Assembly: GCA_965153455.1 (NCBI GenBank)
Contig: OZ234493.1
Location: forward strand, 16,916,213-16,980,212
Origin: Sphagnum compactum
Taxonomy: Eukaryota
Length of the DNA stretch: 64,000 bases
Reading direction: 5' to 3'
Under the pieces are notes generated by a model that was not told the DNA's origin, searched no databases, and saw only the letters and a list, made by a program, of their open reading frames with translations. Made by a program: the position numbers and the translations under genes. Shown here one piece after another: positions 12,048-26,406 of this stretch; positions within the stretch are counted from its first letter, which is position 1, and each line of letters begins with the position of its first letter.

Positions 12048-12399
12048 TAGTGAATTTTTTTGTGGCTGAAATTCGCCATTTTGCTATTAAAAAAAGTCCC
12101 AAGCAACCTAGTCAAGGGAACTTTTTGAAACAAATCCAAAAAACTCAGCACATTTTGAGGACGAAGAGAGTTATGAAATAGCCAAGATTTTATTTTTTTT
12201 GGAGGGTTTGAGTAGAGTTCTAGCTTTCTTCTTTTGAAATCCGCATATTTAGTCAATATGTTCTAGTGGTTTGCCAACATGTAATAAGATTCCTAGAATT
12301 CTACTTCTTTATTTGTCTTGTAGACAGATCTGACTAAATCCCCTTGTGGGTGATCGCCACTTTTGATGCAACATGAGAAGATTGAAAAAAACAACACTG
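12048..12399. mobile_element. hAT-type MITE upstream of copy A (paralog starts at 63846, with an internal deletion of about 120 bp)
   Basis: TAGTG...CACTG termini with 8-bp TSD GCTGGAAC / GCTGGAAT. Confidence 0.75.
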
Positions 12400-15300
12400 G
12401 CTGGAATCTCTGAATTGTGTGTCAGCAAAGAGAACTTATTGGCCATTTTTGGTCTTCTCCAAGTAAAGTGGCCCATTTGAGAACTTCCATTGGAATACAT
12501 ACAATATTAAGGCTACAGAAGTGATTTGCTAACGTGTCGGCTGTTTAGTGTTCATCACATGCTCGCTGGTCATGCGTGTAGTGGAGTTGGACATACATTA
12601 GAGAAATCCGTAAATTTACCAGGAGTTTCACAGGGTGTCTCATACCCTATTAAATTTTGCGCCCTGAGTTCCAGTGGTCCATAAAGTCACCTGACTGTGG
12701 ACGGGGCCCAGGTTTTGGAAAAACCGACTGTGGGCGGTTTTGGAAAAAGATGGGGTTGACCACGTGGGTACGCCTTTAACTGGCTTCAAAAGGTGAAGAT
12801 TCCAAGACTGGCTTAAATAGGTGGACAGTTCAAGAAGTTGACAATATCAACTTTTGGATTGGAAAGGTGAGGGGAGTGGAGGGGAGGGTGTCGGGGAGGC
12901 ATTTTAGTGATTTTGACAGTGGGAGAGGGGATTTGGGGGCTGGAGTGACCCATGACTGCATCAGTTCCGTTTGGGATGAACTAGCGTTCATCCCAGTTAT
13001 TGAACCTCCCGCAGTCAGAAACGTTGAGTTAAAAAAGTTTTTTGCTCACCCTCCAACAGTTTTTTTTTTTTCACCTCGTATTACCCCTGCTCACCCAACT
13101 ACCCCATTTATCCACATACCCCACTCATTTTGCAATGGCAAAACCTATATCTCTTCTCAACTAAACTTATAATTCTTGGAAAAACCTATACCTTTTTTTG
13201 ATTAAACTTTTCAAATTATATATAATAAAAAAATTATTTTAATTCTGAAAAGTAGGTTAGATTTTACTTTATGCCTTTATTTAATAAAGGTTCAAATATG
13301 TTTATAACAAAACAAAATCAATATTCACTATTTTTAACATAAAAATATATAATAAATAGATTATAATATATCATATGTATATAAGAAATAAAATACATAA
13401 CATATTATATATAAGTTTTTCTAAACTAAATAGTATTTTATTGTGGGCCTCATTTGGTAAAAATGTAAAACATAATATTCATCCATGAAAATATTATTTT
13501 TTGATCCAATAGTTTTATCATATAAGATCACTTATATTTAATATATGAAAATATTTATTTATTATATAATATATTAATAAAAAAATTTGTGAATAAAATG
13601 AATATAATAGAAGTTACTTATAATTTATAATAATTTATTAATTTCTTTAAGTATTTCTATTTATAATGATATAATCAAATTCATATTAAATATAAAAATT
13701 AAATTGTATTTATTTAATATACATCTTTAAATATATTCTATTTCTTAAATACATTATGTAACATTGAATGGTTTTGAGAATAATGTTATTATATGTTCAT
13801 ACATCATATTTTATGCACTATTTTTATTAAATTTCATAATTAAAATGTACTATGTAATACAAAAAAAATCATATTTTTAATATTTTCTTTCATTTGGACA
13901 AAGTATGAAAAAGACAATGATGGTTAAAGAAAAAAAATGTCTTGTTGAAATGTATTGAAATGCAAGATTTACATGAATTTTTCTTCAATTCAAGTATTGT
14001 TTTAATTATTTTTATAATTTTTGTACATAGATTTTGGAAAAAAATTCAGAATGAAGTTTAAATCATTTCATCTGGACATAATATGATAAAGATATTAGTA
14101 ATTAAAGTTTGCTTTTTGAAAAGTTTTAGTTGCATTTCAATTTAAAATTCAAATGCAAGTAAAAGGTTTAACCCATATGTTTTGTTTTTGAATCTCGTTT
14201 CATAAGCTATATAAAGAACATGTTCTCCCTTCATTACTCACACTAAAATGCATATGCCAATATGGGATGAGTGAAAAAATGCTTGACCTTAAATGAAAAT
14301 TGTGACATGAATGAAATGTTTTTAGGCTATTCATTATGTTTACATTTTCTCTTTCCTACCTATTTGCCTACCTACACAAGTAAATAGGTGCTAGTTTTCT
14401 ACCTACATAGGTAGACGGGTTCAAATCTTCTTAAAACCTTCAATTTTAAAAAAACTGAATGAATGAAATAATTAATATTGGATTATTTGGATTAAAGAAC
14501 TAAAATATTCCCAAAAAAAAGTTGTTCATATGTTAGTGAATTTACTAGTGCATTTACTTCTTCGTATCAACTCATCATTGATCACTAAGCAATTGATGAA
14601 TTTGCTAAGCATTCACTAGAACTAAAATTCACTTAATTCATTACAAAACCTAGTGAATTCATTAGTGGATTTGGACTCTTTATGTACTAGTAACACCATA
14701 CTAGTTCAAACAATTAATGTATAATAATTTAGGGTTAATGAGCAAGCTTTCCCATATTGCATACAATTTCACATATTACATGGGACACAATGACTTTTTG
14801 TTGTGATATATGAGGGTATTGCCCATCCCATAACCTTTCTAGTGAGGGATTTGTCATTTTGATGTAGGTATTGTCTTTTTTCTTGTTCTCATAGTGAAGA
14901 CTTCCTTTAGTGGATATAGGTAATGTAGCATGGGGTTATAGATTCAAGTATTGCCAATGAGTTCATTTTCATAGCAAGGAAGTGTGTTTTTGGATGAAGG
15001 TGATGCAATATCAACACATTTCAAAATATGATGAGAGTATTTGTTTTGTTGGTGTACGCAATGAATAATCACAATTGAATATGTAGGAATTACATTCACC
15101 CATACTTCAAATTTGTATTGGACATTGACAGTGTAGGTATTGTAGATTTTGGACTTTCTAGTAACCCTAACCTAAGTGATGGAGGGGTCCATATTTGTAA
15201 TACCCGCATATTAAAACCTTTGGGTAGAACCAAGCTAATAGGATGCAATTTTGGCGTCCTTGGTTTTGATGTTCATAAGTCTCATACATTAAGTTAATGT

Positions 15301-16569
15301 TGAAAATATATGTTGTATCTATGTGAAGCCCTTTTTAATATGTTAATTTAGCATCTAATTAAAATCAAAAGTAATCCAAAATACCTTTCAACACTTTTTA
15401 AAGCCCATAACCAATGCTTTTCAACAAAACGAAATAGTGTAAAAACATTGTTTAAGCAGCATTGTTTAACACTACCTCAACACATTTCATCCAATCATGT
15501 GCTGCCACATCATCTTTTCAAGACTAGTCATAGTGATTCAAGAGGTTGTCGTTGGCTCCTATTAGCTTGTTTTTACCCCTTTACATAAATGAAATGTAAT
15601 TGGTAGTAAAAATTATATGGGAATTGCATGGACTTGGTTTTTCTGCATTTCAATTCCAAAGGGGCCCCAATTTTATTATGAGGGTATTGCAAAATTTGGG
15701 TCCATTTTCATTCAAGTTCCACCATAGTATGATTGGTCCATTATATGCAATACCTTCATTTTTCATTTTTTACGTTGTGATGAGAAATATTTAAAAGAAG
15801 AAATGAAATAAAACTATGTAATATTCGCATCTAAGGCATAGAATGTTTACTAGATTTTTTCATGCTTCACATAATACCTAAATGTTGGGCATAAAATATG
15901 CATATTTAATGATAAATAAAAATTAACGAAGAAAATTTTGAATTTTTTTAAAAATTAAAAATTAAAAATTCATTATGAAGAAGAAATAGAAAAAAAAAAT
16001 CATTTAGAACAAGAAAAAAAATAAAGAAAATTCTAGAATAAAAAATAAAAGTACAAGAAATTTTTTTTACATCTAAAAGAAGCCAAAAGAAAATTCAAAT
16101 TTTATTTTTTCATTTCAATCACAAATGGCATTGTTTTTATGTGGATATTACATGTTGGTATTAAATTTTCAACTATTATTAGTATTTGCCATAATAAACA
16201 ATATATGTGTGTTACCCATACAATAGGTGTTAGTTTTGGGAACTCCAAACCATTATAAACATGGTGTTAAAACTTAAAGTTGACACGAGTATTGTAATGC
16301 CCAAAACCTCAACCCTCAACCTTTATATGAAAATTCAACCCTTTTTTAAAAACCATATGTTTTACATTAATTTTCTTATGATTTAAGTGATTGAATTAAA
16401 TAATCATTGAAAATACAATTTTTTTTCTTACCTCCTTAATTATTTGTTCTAACTAAAATCAACATTATTTTGTATGTCCTTGATTGATTTTTATAAAAAA
16501 ATGCATTGAAGTTCATTTTACACCTTGTGGATTCCATTATTATTTTTTCCCTCTAGAAAAGTAAAGGTT

Positions 16570-17370
16570 TAACTATGAAATAAAAAGGTTTACCCAAAAT
16601 ATAAAAAGGTTTTGTTGAAAGGTCGAAGTTTAGCCAAACAAATATATAGGTTTTGCCAATAGTTAAAAATTTAGCCAAGAAGAAATATAAGTTTTACTAA
16701 GAGAGAAAAAAATGGCCAAAAAGAAATATAAATGTTGGCAAGAGTTAGAAGTTTTGCCAAAAATTAAAAGTTTAGCAAAGAATAGAAATAGGTTTTGCCA
16801 AAAGAGAAAAGTTTAACCAAAGGATATAAGTTTTACTAAAAGAAAAGTTTAACCAAGAAGAGATATAGGTTTTGCCAAGAGATAAATTTTTTTACCAAAA
16901 GATAAAAATTAACCAAGAAGGGATATAGGTTTATGCAAAGAGAGAAAATTTTAGCCAAAAATATATATAAGTTTTGCCAAGAGATAAAAGTTTAGCTAAG
17001 AAAAAATATAGGTTTTGCCAAAAGAAAAAAAATAAACCAAGAATAGATATAATTTTTGCCAAAAAGAAAAAGTTTAACTGAAGAAAATATATAGTTTTGC
17101 CAATAGAGAAAAGTTTAGCCAAAAAAGGTACAGGTTTTGCCAATAGAAAAAAGTTTAACCAAAAAGAAATATAAGTTTTATCAAGAGAAAAAAAATTAGC
17201 CAAGAAAATATATAAGTTTTGCCAAGAGATAAAAATTTTGCCAAGAAAAAATTTAATTTTTGCCAAGAAAGAAAAGTTTACCGAAAAAAAGATATAAGTT
17301 TTGCTAAAAGATAGAAGTCTAGCCAAGAATAGATATAGGTTTAGCCAAGAAAAGATATAGGTTTTGCTAG
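16570..17370. repeat. Degenerate ~40-bp tandem array (AAGTTTAGCCAAGAAAAGATATAGGTTTTGCC-like)
   Basis: Motifs TTTAGCCAA and ATATAGGTTTTGCCAA recur throughout; an inverted copy of the motif lies at about 13137-13195. Confidence 0.8.
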
Positions 17371-17683
17371 GAAAATATAGAAAGGGTAGGTAAGCGATTG
17401 GTTGTTAGTTGGTTCAGTTTAGGGTTTAGGCTAAGAGGTAGGTCAGTAGAGTAGGTAGGTTAGCAGGGTAACTAGGTGGGAGGGAGTATGGAGGGTTACG
17501 GTTGGGAAAAATTTGGCCCCAAAAAACAAAGGTCAACAGGCAAAAACATGGATTGTTTTAAAATGTTGGTTAATGTTGGGTGAAGAGGCGGATAAAAACA
17601 CAGCCCATCCTGTGGATAGAACGGCCAACTGGTGCAGTCATGGAGGTTGGTTCACTCTGGTCGGATTTGGGTGGGGTTTTTTT

Positions 17684-20600
17684 TAATGTTAGGTGATTCT
17701 CACCCGTCGGTTGAAAATCGGAGCCGGTTTTCCATCCGGTTCTCAATGAGAATCGGCAGTGAAAATTGCCATGAGAACCTACATGGCAGTTCTCATTCGA
17801 AATGAAATCCGCCTAGTGAGAACCGCCCATGGGCATTAAATCTGAAAACCGGACCAGTTTTCATGGTTTTAAAAAAAAAGTAAATAATAAGTAATATTAT
17901 TAAATAGTGAGTGAGAAATAAAAGTAATAGTAAAATAATTAGTAAATAAATAAATAAAAGTAGTAGTAATAGTAAAATAGTGAATAATAAATAATAGTAA
18001 GTAAAAAGTAAGAGTAATTTTTTTAAAAATTAAACTTACCGTTTATGAAAGTAAAAAATAAAAAGTCAAAGTTAAAAAAACTAAACTTATTATTTATGAA
18101 CGCAACTGTCACATTAGGGTTAGGAGTTAGGGGTTAGGACTCCAACCCTAACCCTAATGTGACGGTGGCCACGCTTTGGGGTTATAATTTAAGTTTAATT
18201 ATAAAAAAAGTCCAAACTCCCTATTGAGTCACCTTTGCTCCTACTCATTATTACACATCCAAATCTTTGTTTTCTTCTATCATCAAGCACTCTTGTTCCA
18301 TTTAGATTTTAAAAACTTCTTAATTGGTTTATGTTTTGTGTTATTCTTGGTTCTAGTCTTGGTTTTTAGTTGTGTTTTGCAAGGTTTGTAATTTGTAATT
18401 TCTAAGTTTTCTTTTTTTTTTTCTTCTAATTTTTTTTTTAGGGTTTTGGCTTGCTCCCTCCCCCCTCTTTGCTTTTGTAGGTAATCTTTGGAGCTACAAG
18501 TAGCAAGCAAAAGTCAATAAACAAAGTAAGTTATTTTTAATTTCATTTTTTATTTGATCATTTATAAAGTTTTTTATTTTTAGCCTCTCAATTTTTTGTA
18601 CAATGCAATAGGGATAAACTAGCCCATCACCAAACATAGGTCGGTAACCAAACATTTGTTTAGATTTTCTTCATTTTTGCTTCATTTTGAGTGATTCAAA
18701 ATGTTATGGGAGCGCAACCTGAAGCTCTATAAATCATCTAAATCATCTCTAAAGTGTAAATGAAAAGGAATAATGAAAAATAACAAGAAGAAAAATAAGT
18801 TTTTCAATCTATAAAACACATTTTTCTTTTGTTTTGACCCTGATTACTTTCAAAGTTCATAACTTTCTCATTTTTTGTTCATTTTAAACGATTTAAAGTA
18901 CTACAAAAATGTCACCTTAAGTTCTACTAATCGTCTTTGAACTTTAGTAACAACAAGCAATATACAAAGAAATTTTTGGGTTTTCAAGAGCCAACTTTGT
19001 AATGTTTTGTGGTCTGTTTTATTGAGTTCTTGACCCCCTACTTTGGGGGGTAGTAACTTTCTCATTTCTAATATGTTTTTGACAATTTTTAATGCCTCAA
19101 TTGCACCAAAAGGAGGGGTTCAAGTTTGTTTGCACACCATAAACAAATGAGCCCTTCCCTAAGTGTTGTTTGAATTCGAATAACACCAAGTGCTTAAGTG
19201 TACTATGACACGCCTCTCTCTACCCTTGCAATTTATTTTTGTTTTGATTTTGTAGGAAAGGGAAAGAAGACAAGAAATTGTTTCTAAAAGTTGTAAGTTC
19301 TATTTCTTTAAATTTTTTCCTTATAATTAGAATTAATCCATTAAGTTATTTTCCTCTTTTTTTTGTTTGATCTTATTCTTTTTAAACATTCCTTTCCATT
19401 TGATTTGAAATTTTGTAGATAGTTTGTTTTATTAATTTGTTTGAACTTATTTTTAACATTCCATTTATTTTATTTGCAAGTTAGCCTTGAATATTGTTGG
19501 AAGGAGATTAGTGTTTGTTTGAAGGGGCAATAATAGTTTCCATTCAGTTTTTATTCTTTGCATTAAGCTTAAAAGTGAGTTATTGTTGTTATCTTTGCAA
19601 ATGTTCTCTCCCCTTGACCCTTGATTTATCTTTTTACCTTTGCCTTTTTGATCATTAATTTTATAATTTGCAAATAGAAAACATATATAAAATTTTATAG
19701 AAACCTTTTGATTTAAAGGAAATAACTTGTAGTATTTTAGATTTTGGTTGTTGGAAGTTGAAATTTTGCATTACTTGTTGTTTTTTTTGACATTACTTCT
19801 AATGGAACAATCAAGTGCAAGTGAAAATACTAAAAAGAAAATTAAGATTGAACCTTTTAAAAATGAAGAATTGATGGATGATATACATGTAACAAAAACA
19901 TCAGTTGAGAATTTGAGGTTGGAAACTTAAGCAAGCAAGGCTTCTAAAAATAATGATGGAAGATTCATCTTAAACTTACAAAAATTTCATGTTCAAAGAT
20001 TGTTCTAGAAGCCTAAAGGGAGAAATGCCATTTGTTGGGCTTTCTATGCAATTAATGATAATAAACCAATGGATGGCAAAATTATTTACATATCGTGAGA
20101 TGTCATTTGTGTTACAAAAGACATGTGTTATTTAATCCAAGAACAAAATTAAGGAAGGGACTAATTTCATATTATAAGATTAATGGGATATCAACTTTAA
20201 AAAAACATGTGGATGCAGAACATGGTCTACTTGCAAAAAAACCTGATGAGGAAATGAATAGTTCAGTGAGAACTCAAGTTGAAAGAAAATTAGTTAAAAA
20301 GAGGTAAAATGTATTTTCATCTAAAATTTCTAAATTTTTTTTGCAAAACTTCCTTACGAGAAAGATGGAGTGTAGTAGAAACAAATTTTGAAAATCTAAC
20401 CTTGCTGATTGTTAAGATTCATTTGTCTATACATTTTTTGGAGAGTCCGCAATTGAAGCAATTTGCTTTGCAATTGAATCCTCACATTGTCTTTCTTTCC
20501 AGAAAAAAACATTTTCATGGTGTGGTTTAGAAAACAAAAAATGTTAATGTTTTACTATAACTTTTTTAATGTATGTCAAGTACTACATGTTTTGATTTAT

Positions 20601-22616
20601 GGATGTCAAAAGGTGCTTATGACATTTTTTCCATGGTCATTAACTTTCTAGATGAAAATTGGCAACCTAAGAAGGTGATAATTAGTTTTTTTGAAACAAT
20701 AGAAACAACAAGTCAAGCCTTAGCTAGAAATTTGAGAGAGCTCTTGGATTCATATGGGTTAAACAAAAAGATCATTGCTTATGTTAAAGATGAAGGGGTA
20801 GACTTAAACTTTATGACCACAATTTTCAAATTAATTATTAATCATGAGGTTTTGGGATTAGAAGAAAGTTTCAATGGCACTTGTTTTGGTCATGCATTTT
20901 CCAAAACCTATCAATATGCTATTACTGAAGAGAGGGTATTCAAAAATCTTAAGTATGTCTCAATCAAGTTTGTGTAGTTTAATATCCATAAATGTTTAAC
21001 ATGGCCAAAAAAATCTAGAAATGGAAGACAAGAATGGACAAAAACTTATATTGAGTCTAGATTTCAACTAAGGAAATTAAATACACCGGTTAAGACAAGG
21101 TAAATGTTTCTTTGTTCATATTTTTATGTTGAGTTCTTTGTATTTTTGAAAAAATATTTTTTTCTAATTTTTTTATTAATTGTCTGAAATTTTTTATAGG
21201 TTTGTAAGCAGGGTAATATTATTCCAGGACGTGTTTTTTTTTGTGTGGAGCTATTATCATGTGTTACAACAAACAAACTAATGAACTCGAGTGTTTGGCC
21301 ATGTTCCTCCTCCTATTACATGGTTCATTTGTTAAACAATAGTTGATTGTTTGAATGTTGTTGTCTTTGCTTACATCTTGAACCAATCTACTAAACATTG
21401 GTTATTATCAGATGCCTTAAATTTTGCCATACTATGAGTTTTAAAGCCAAGGATGAAATGCATTTGAGACTTTCTTTTGAGTCCCTCATGGATGATGACA
21501 CTAAACTCTCTTTAGAGTTGACAACTATTGCCTCTAACGTTAAATCATAATTGTTTAGGGTTTTAGATTCTTTTGATTCATTAATCTTGAAGACATATGA
21601 AGAGAAGAAAACACACAACATGTTTTTGATGCTTGACCCTAGGTTCAAGAATCTTCATTTGTTTCTTCATATGTTGGTAAAAAACAAGGAATGTTTATTG
21701 TGGAGTAGTATGATAGGAGAATGTTGTATCCCATGTTGGTCAAATCATACAATCACTTACATCCTATTGGAGATGTTGATTCTACTTTTACAAATCAAGA
21801 TGTTGATAAGGACTATGGACTAGATGTTTTCCAAATGACTAGTAATAACATTGAAACTGTAAAGGAAATTATAACAAGGGAGTTATTGGATTTCAAGAGG
21901 TTTCATGTGGATGTGAAAGATATAAAAAAAACCCTCTCCAATGGTGGGAGAAACATGAGTCTAAATTCCCTACAATTGGCTTTCTTGCAAAACAAATATA
22001 AAAAATTACAGGTTTCCAAATTGAGATTAAACACATTTTTTCTTTTGTTGTAATTTTGACAAGCCTTAGGAGATGTTAGTTACAATCCGAAATTTTATAC
22101 AAATTAATTTTTGTTAGTCAAAATTTGCCCAATGATCCTAAGGTAGGATGTAATATGCCATTAACCTTGGTGGAGTTCATACAGAAGGATGAAATTGTAG
22201 AGGAGGAGTTGGAGGAATTTGAAAGGGAATTTGAAAAGTAGAAATTGAAAATATGAAATTTTTATATTAAAAATTTATTTTCCATCATTTATTAATTTAT
22301 TTAGTTCATCATTTATTATGATTATAAGCAAAGAAACACAAAAAACCCCAAAACAAAGTAAAATATAAAAAACCAAAAACCTTCATTGATAACCAATTTG
22401 TGAGAACTATTTTTGAAAATTGGCAATTTGAAATTTTGTGAAACCCACCAACCCCAAAAACCACCTAACCAATTTTATTTTTTTAATTTTGAAAATTGGG
22501 GTGGTTTTCAAAATGGGAAATTTAAATAAAAGAAAAAGAATCGATGTGGTTCTTGAAACCTACCCCACAAACTGAAACGATAGTTCTCACAAAAAAATCA
22601 AAACCGCCCAACATTA
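17684..22616 (+). mobile_element. Degenerate hAT DNA transposon
   Basis: Imperfect TIRs TAATGTTAGGTGATTCT / AAAACCGCCCAACATTA, 8-bp flanks GTTTTTTT / GTGTTTTC, subterminal GAGAAC/GTTCTC motifs at both ends, internal transposase relic. Confidence 0.8.
19801..22240 (+). pseudogene. hAT transposase pseudogene (BED finger, DDE core, dimerisation domain)
   Basis: Fragments CHLC...STLKKHVDAEH, CFDLWMS, KDEG, CFGH, KTR|F split by a GT-AG intron at about 21100-21200, MLDPRFK, PLQWWEKHESKFP; many stops and frameshifts. Confidence 0.88.
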
Positions 22617-24872
22617 GTGTTTTCTTTCCTAAAGGCTGGGTGGGCTAAAGGTTTAGGAGGGTCATGATTTTTTTTAATTCATTTATTGGGGGGGGGGGTG
22701 GATTGTTCTAGGGGCCTTAATAAATGGAGGTAAGGAAAGATTTGTTTTTCTTCCAGAGTGGGTAAGCTCGATCCTTTAAATTATTTTTTTGGTTGTTGGA
22801 GGTGTGGGGGATACTTGGATTTATCCCAAGTTTTGTATTTTTAAAAATTGGGTGTGGGTTCATGTTCTAGGGTTAGGGTCTATGGGATTGGGGGAGGTTT
22901 TCATTTAATGCCCTTGATGTTATATAAATGGGAGGGGTTCCATTTTAACATGTTTTTTCCAATCTCATTTCACTTGAAAGTTCCAAGTCTTCCATTTCAT
23001 TTGGGAGTGTCAAGTTATTTGCATTTTTTTTAGGGTTACTGGGAGTCCCATTTCATTTTTCTTTTTGAAGGTTTGTTCCACTTGTCATCTGCGGAATTTA
23101 TTTTACCACATCTTGACTCAAGTTCCTTCAATAGTGATGAAGAGTTGCTCAAGGAAATTGTGGCAAATGATTAGATTGTGCTACAAGTGGCAATTGCTTG
23201 TGGTGACACTTGAAAATATTTCATTTCAACAAAGCGAGATGAAAAAAGTGGACAATTGGTCAAAGGTGAACTCATCCTTGGGTGGTACCACTAGAAACCA
23301 CCTCAAGGAATGGTTAAGGAACCAATTCATTTTTCTAGGCCTTTTTTTCTTAAATGTTTTCATAATTATAAATTATTATTTTTTCATGTTTATCAATTGC
23401 ATGTTTTAATATATGGCTTGAAGTTTATTTGGGAATTTCAAAATTTGGAAAATTTTAAAATTTTATATTCCTAATTAAAATGGCCCCTTAAAAAATCAAT
23501 GGACTCAACTTTGGAAATTCATAACTAAATCATATTTAACCAATTTATTGCCAAATAAAAACCTAAAAATATAATTACTTCCAAATTAACTTTTTAAAAA
23601 ATCATTAAAAGAATCATGAATCATATTCCAAATTTGTGTTCCTAACCAAAAAGTTCAAGGAAATAAAGAAGTGTTACGTTCCTAAAACTTTTTTTTAATG
23701 CAATGATTAGGAACATCAAAATACACAATATTCTTGATATGATTGAAATTTCAAAATCTATGGAACCTAATAAATGTATTCAAAAAAACTTATGAAAATG
23801 TTCATTTAAGTGTTTCCTATGATTTTGCAAAGTTCAATGGTTCCAAGAAAATCAAGGTGAGATGTTCCTAATGGTACCACCCAAGGATAGGACTGCCCAA
23901 CCTTGATATAGATGTGTGGGACATCCCAGTGACCATGTGGGATACACCAAGTTTTTTTAAATCTCTCACCAACTTCACTCTTGGAGAATTTGAAAAATTG
24001 GCACAACTTGTGGTCCCAACCATTACTAGTCATGCAAGGTCCACATGGGAATCACATTGCACTTCTAGGTGACCATCCAAGTTGGCCTCGGAACAATGTT
24101 TGTTTAGTTTCATCTTGTTCATGAAACATGATGTGATTAAATATGATGTCTTCATGTGGAATTAGAACAAGAATGCAATAAATGATGATGGCATATTTAT
24201 TGCATCTTGCATCAAATATGTCATTGTCGACAATATTCAATGGCCCACTATTGAACAATGACAAGTTTTAGTGACACAATTTCCATAATTTTAGGGCTAC
24301 ATTGGATTTATTGATGGGACCCTCATCAAAATCTATAAGCCTTGAACAATATGTCCCACCATAAGCAACTTCATGGGCGAAAAAAAAAATATTGCATGTA
24401 CAACATGGTTATGGTGGACCACCATGGGTTGTTCATATATTTGGACCTCAAGTACCCAAGGTCATACCATGACATTAGTATCTTTTGCCAATCGAACATC
24501 CACAATTTATGGTGTTAATTTTGTCCACATAGATTAATATTTTCAATACTTATTGGGTGACCCTAGTTATTTGGGCAAAGGAATGTTTGTGATGTGTTAC
24601 ATTGGGAGGCTTGAGTTGGCACCTAGAGTTCATATGGATGTTATTGAGGTGTACAACAAGATGCATCAGGGGTGACATCTCATTCTAATTCGAGGTTAGG
24701 TTTTAAAGTTTAAGGTTTAAATTTTAGGTTTATGTTAGGGTTTTAGGTTTAACACTTAGGCTTAGGTTTAAAGTTCATTTTAAAGGTTTTACATATAGGT
24801 TTTACGGGGTAGGTTTAGGTTTTTTAGTTTTTTAAAAATATAATTTTTTTGGGTTTGGGTTTGGTGTTTAAG

Positions 24873-26406
24873 CATTATAAGAAAACATGATTTTTTATAA
24901 AGTCCAACTTGACTAAAATGTTCACATTGACCAAGGGTGATGGTCGTTTTGACTAAAAGCATGGGGCATGAAAAACACAAGTTACTTTTGACCAAAACAT
25001 TTGGCTTAAATGACCTTTTTGACCATGTGACAAACCAAACATCTGGTCAAAAGGTTAAAGGTCCATCAAGATGACCAAAGCTTAGTCAAATCAACCATAC
25101 TCAATGGCCATTGTGATTTACAATTAGTCAAATTTGACATTTAACCAAATCAACCATACTAATTTGATTATTTAACTTACACATTAATTTTGTTTAGGTA
25201 CATACCAAACCTAAGTTCATAACTAGTAGGCCATAGGTTAAGCATATTACACCTAGTAAGTATTTATAAACTTTAATAGGTTGCCTACATGTTACTTTTA
25301 ATACCTAGAATTGATAGTAATTTATAATAATTAATAGTAGTCAATATATAATTATTGACAAGTGATTATTTTAAACTAATTTGTTAGTTAATAATAATTC
25401 ATAATTAATAATAAATAGTATTATTAAATAACCAATAATCAGTAATTAATACTAAATAATCAATAAATAATAATAAATATTAGATAAATATTTATCAATA
25501 ATCAGCCATTTATATTGAAAATGTATCAAATAATAATAGATAATCACTAATCAATTTTTAATATTTAGTAATTGATAGGAAATAATAAACTATTAATCAT
25601 TGATATTATTTATTTATAATTGATAATAATTAATCATTCATTGCTATTTATTTTAATTAATTAATTATTAATTAAATTAATAATATGTAGTAGCCTATTA
25701 GGCATAGATACTTCCATGTTATCTAGGTAGATATTTGGTACATGGTATAACGTCCTGCTTAAATAAGTAATACAAAAATATTGAAATTCATTGATGAATG
25801 TTATAATATGTACATCAAAACAAAAAAATTCAATCAAACTTATTACAATATGATGACAAAAGTTTTCAACTTTTGAAGTGGTAGTTCAATGGTAAGGACT
25901 TGATTTCTCAAAGTGAAGGTGAAGAGTTCAAGTCCTCACACATACAACATCGATTACCTAGGCTACCTTGGTTTTAGATGGTTTAGATAACTAGACTAGG
26001 CCACCTCGGCAAGTAGGTCTAAAGTTGGCCACCTAGCTTAGGCTACATAGTTTAAGGGGCCTTGGCTTAAATAAGGTAGGTAGGTAACTTATTTTATTTT
26101 ATTTTGTACATTAATTATTGGGTAATGTAGGTAGTTAAATTTATTAACTAATAGATAAATCAATATGATTATAATACATTATATATTATATTATATTATA
26201 CATTAAAACTAAATAATATATAGTTGCTTTCAAATATTGTTTACTAGTAAAAAATACAATAAAAAACCAACCAAAAAGACTTAGTCAAAATGGCTAGGTC
26301 CAAAATGACTTGTCCAAGATGCCACCTTGGTCAAGTTGAATGGGGGCCATTTGTGGTACCTTTTGACCAATTTTCCCATTCAAAAAACCTTTGTTTTCTT
26401 GTAGTG
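24873..26406. mobile_element. Non-autonomous CACTA element nested in the Harbinger relic
   Basis: CATTATAAGAAAAC ... GTTTTCTTGTAGTG (12/14 inverted match), 3-bp TSD AAG/AAG, subterminal TGACC/GGTCA motifs, AT-rich core. Confidence 0.8.
25878..25940 (+). other. tRNA-derived relic (Pol III A-box and B-box like)
   Basis: GTGGTAGTTCAATGGTAAG (A-box like) and GAGTTCAAGTCC (B-box like) at tRNA-like spacing; no intact cloverleaf evident. Confidence 0.5.

Larger units (their letters stand above)
1..12315. repeat. Segmental duplication copy A (paralogous to 50753-64000)
   Basis: Collinear similarity from GATAAGTCC (1 vs 50753) to CTACTTCTTTATTTG (12315 vs 64000), covering kinase, linker, TPR array, introns and shared MITEs; true ends may lie outside the window. 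Confidence 0.95.

Noticed and set aside
16931-17326. 131-aa Phe/Leu-rich ORF resembling a membrane protein
   Set aside because: Translation of a degenerate A-rich tandem repeat.
24690-24870. Interstitial telomere
   Set aside because: Highly degenerate GGTTT(T)A tract inside a transposon relic, not a TTTAGGG array.
25878-25940. Functional tRNA gene
   Set aside because: Only A/B-box-like motifs are present; acceptor and anticodon stems do not pair convincingly.
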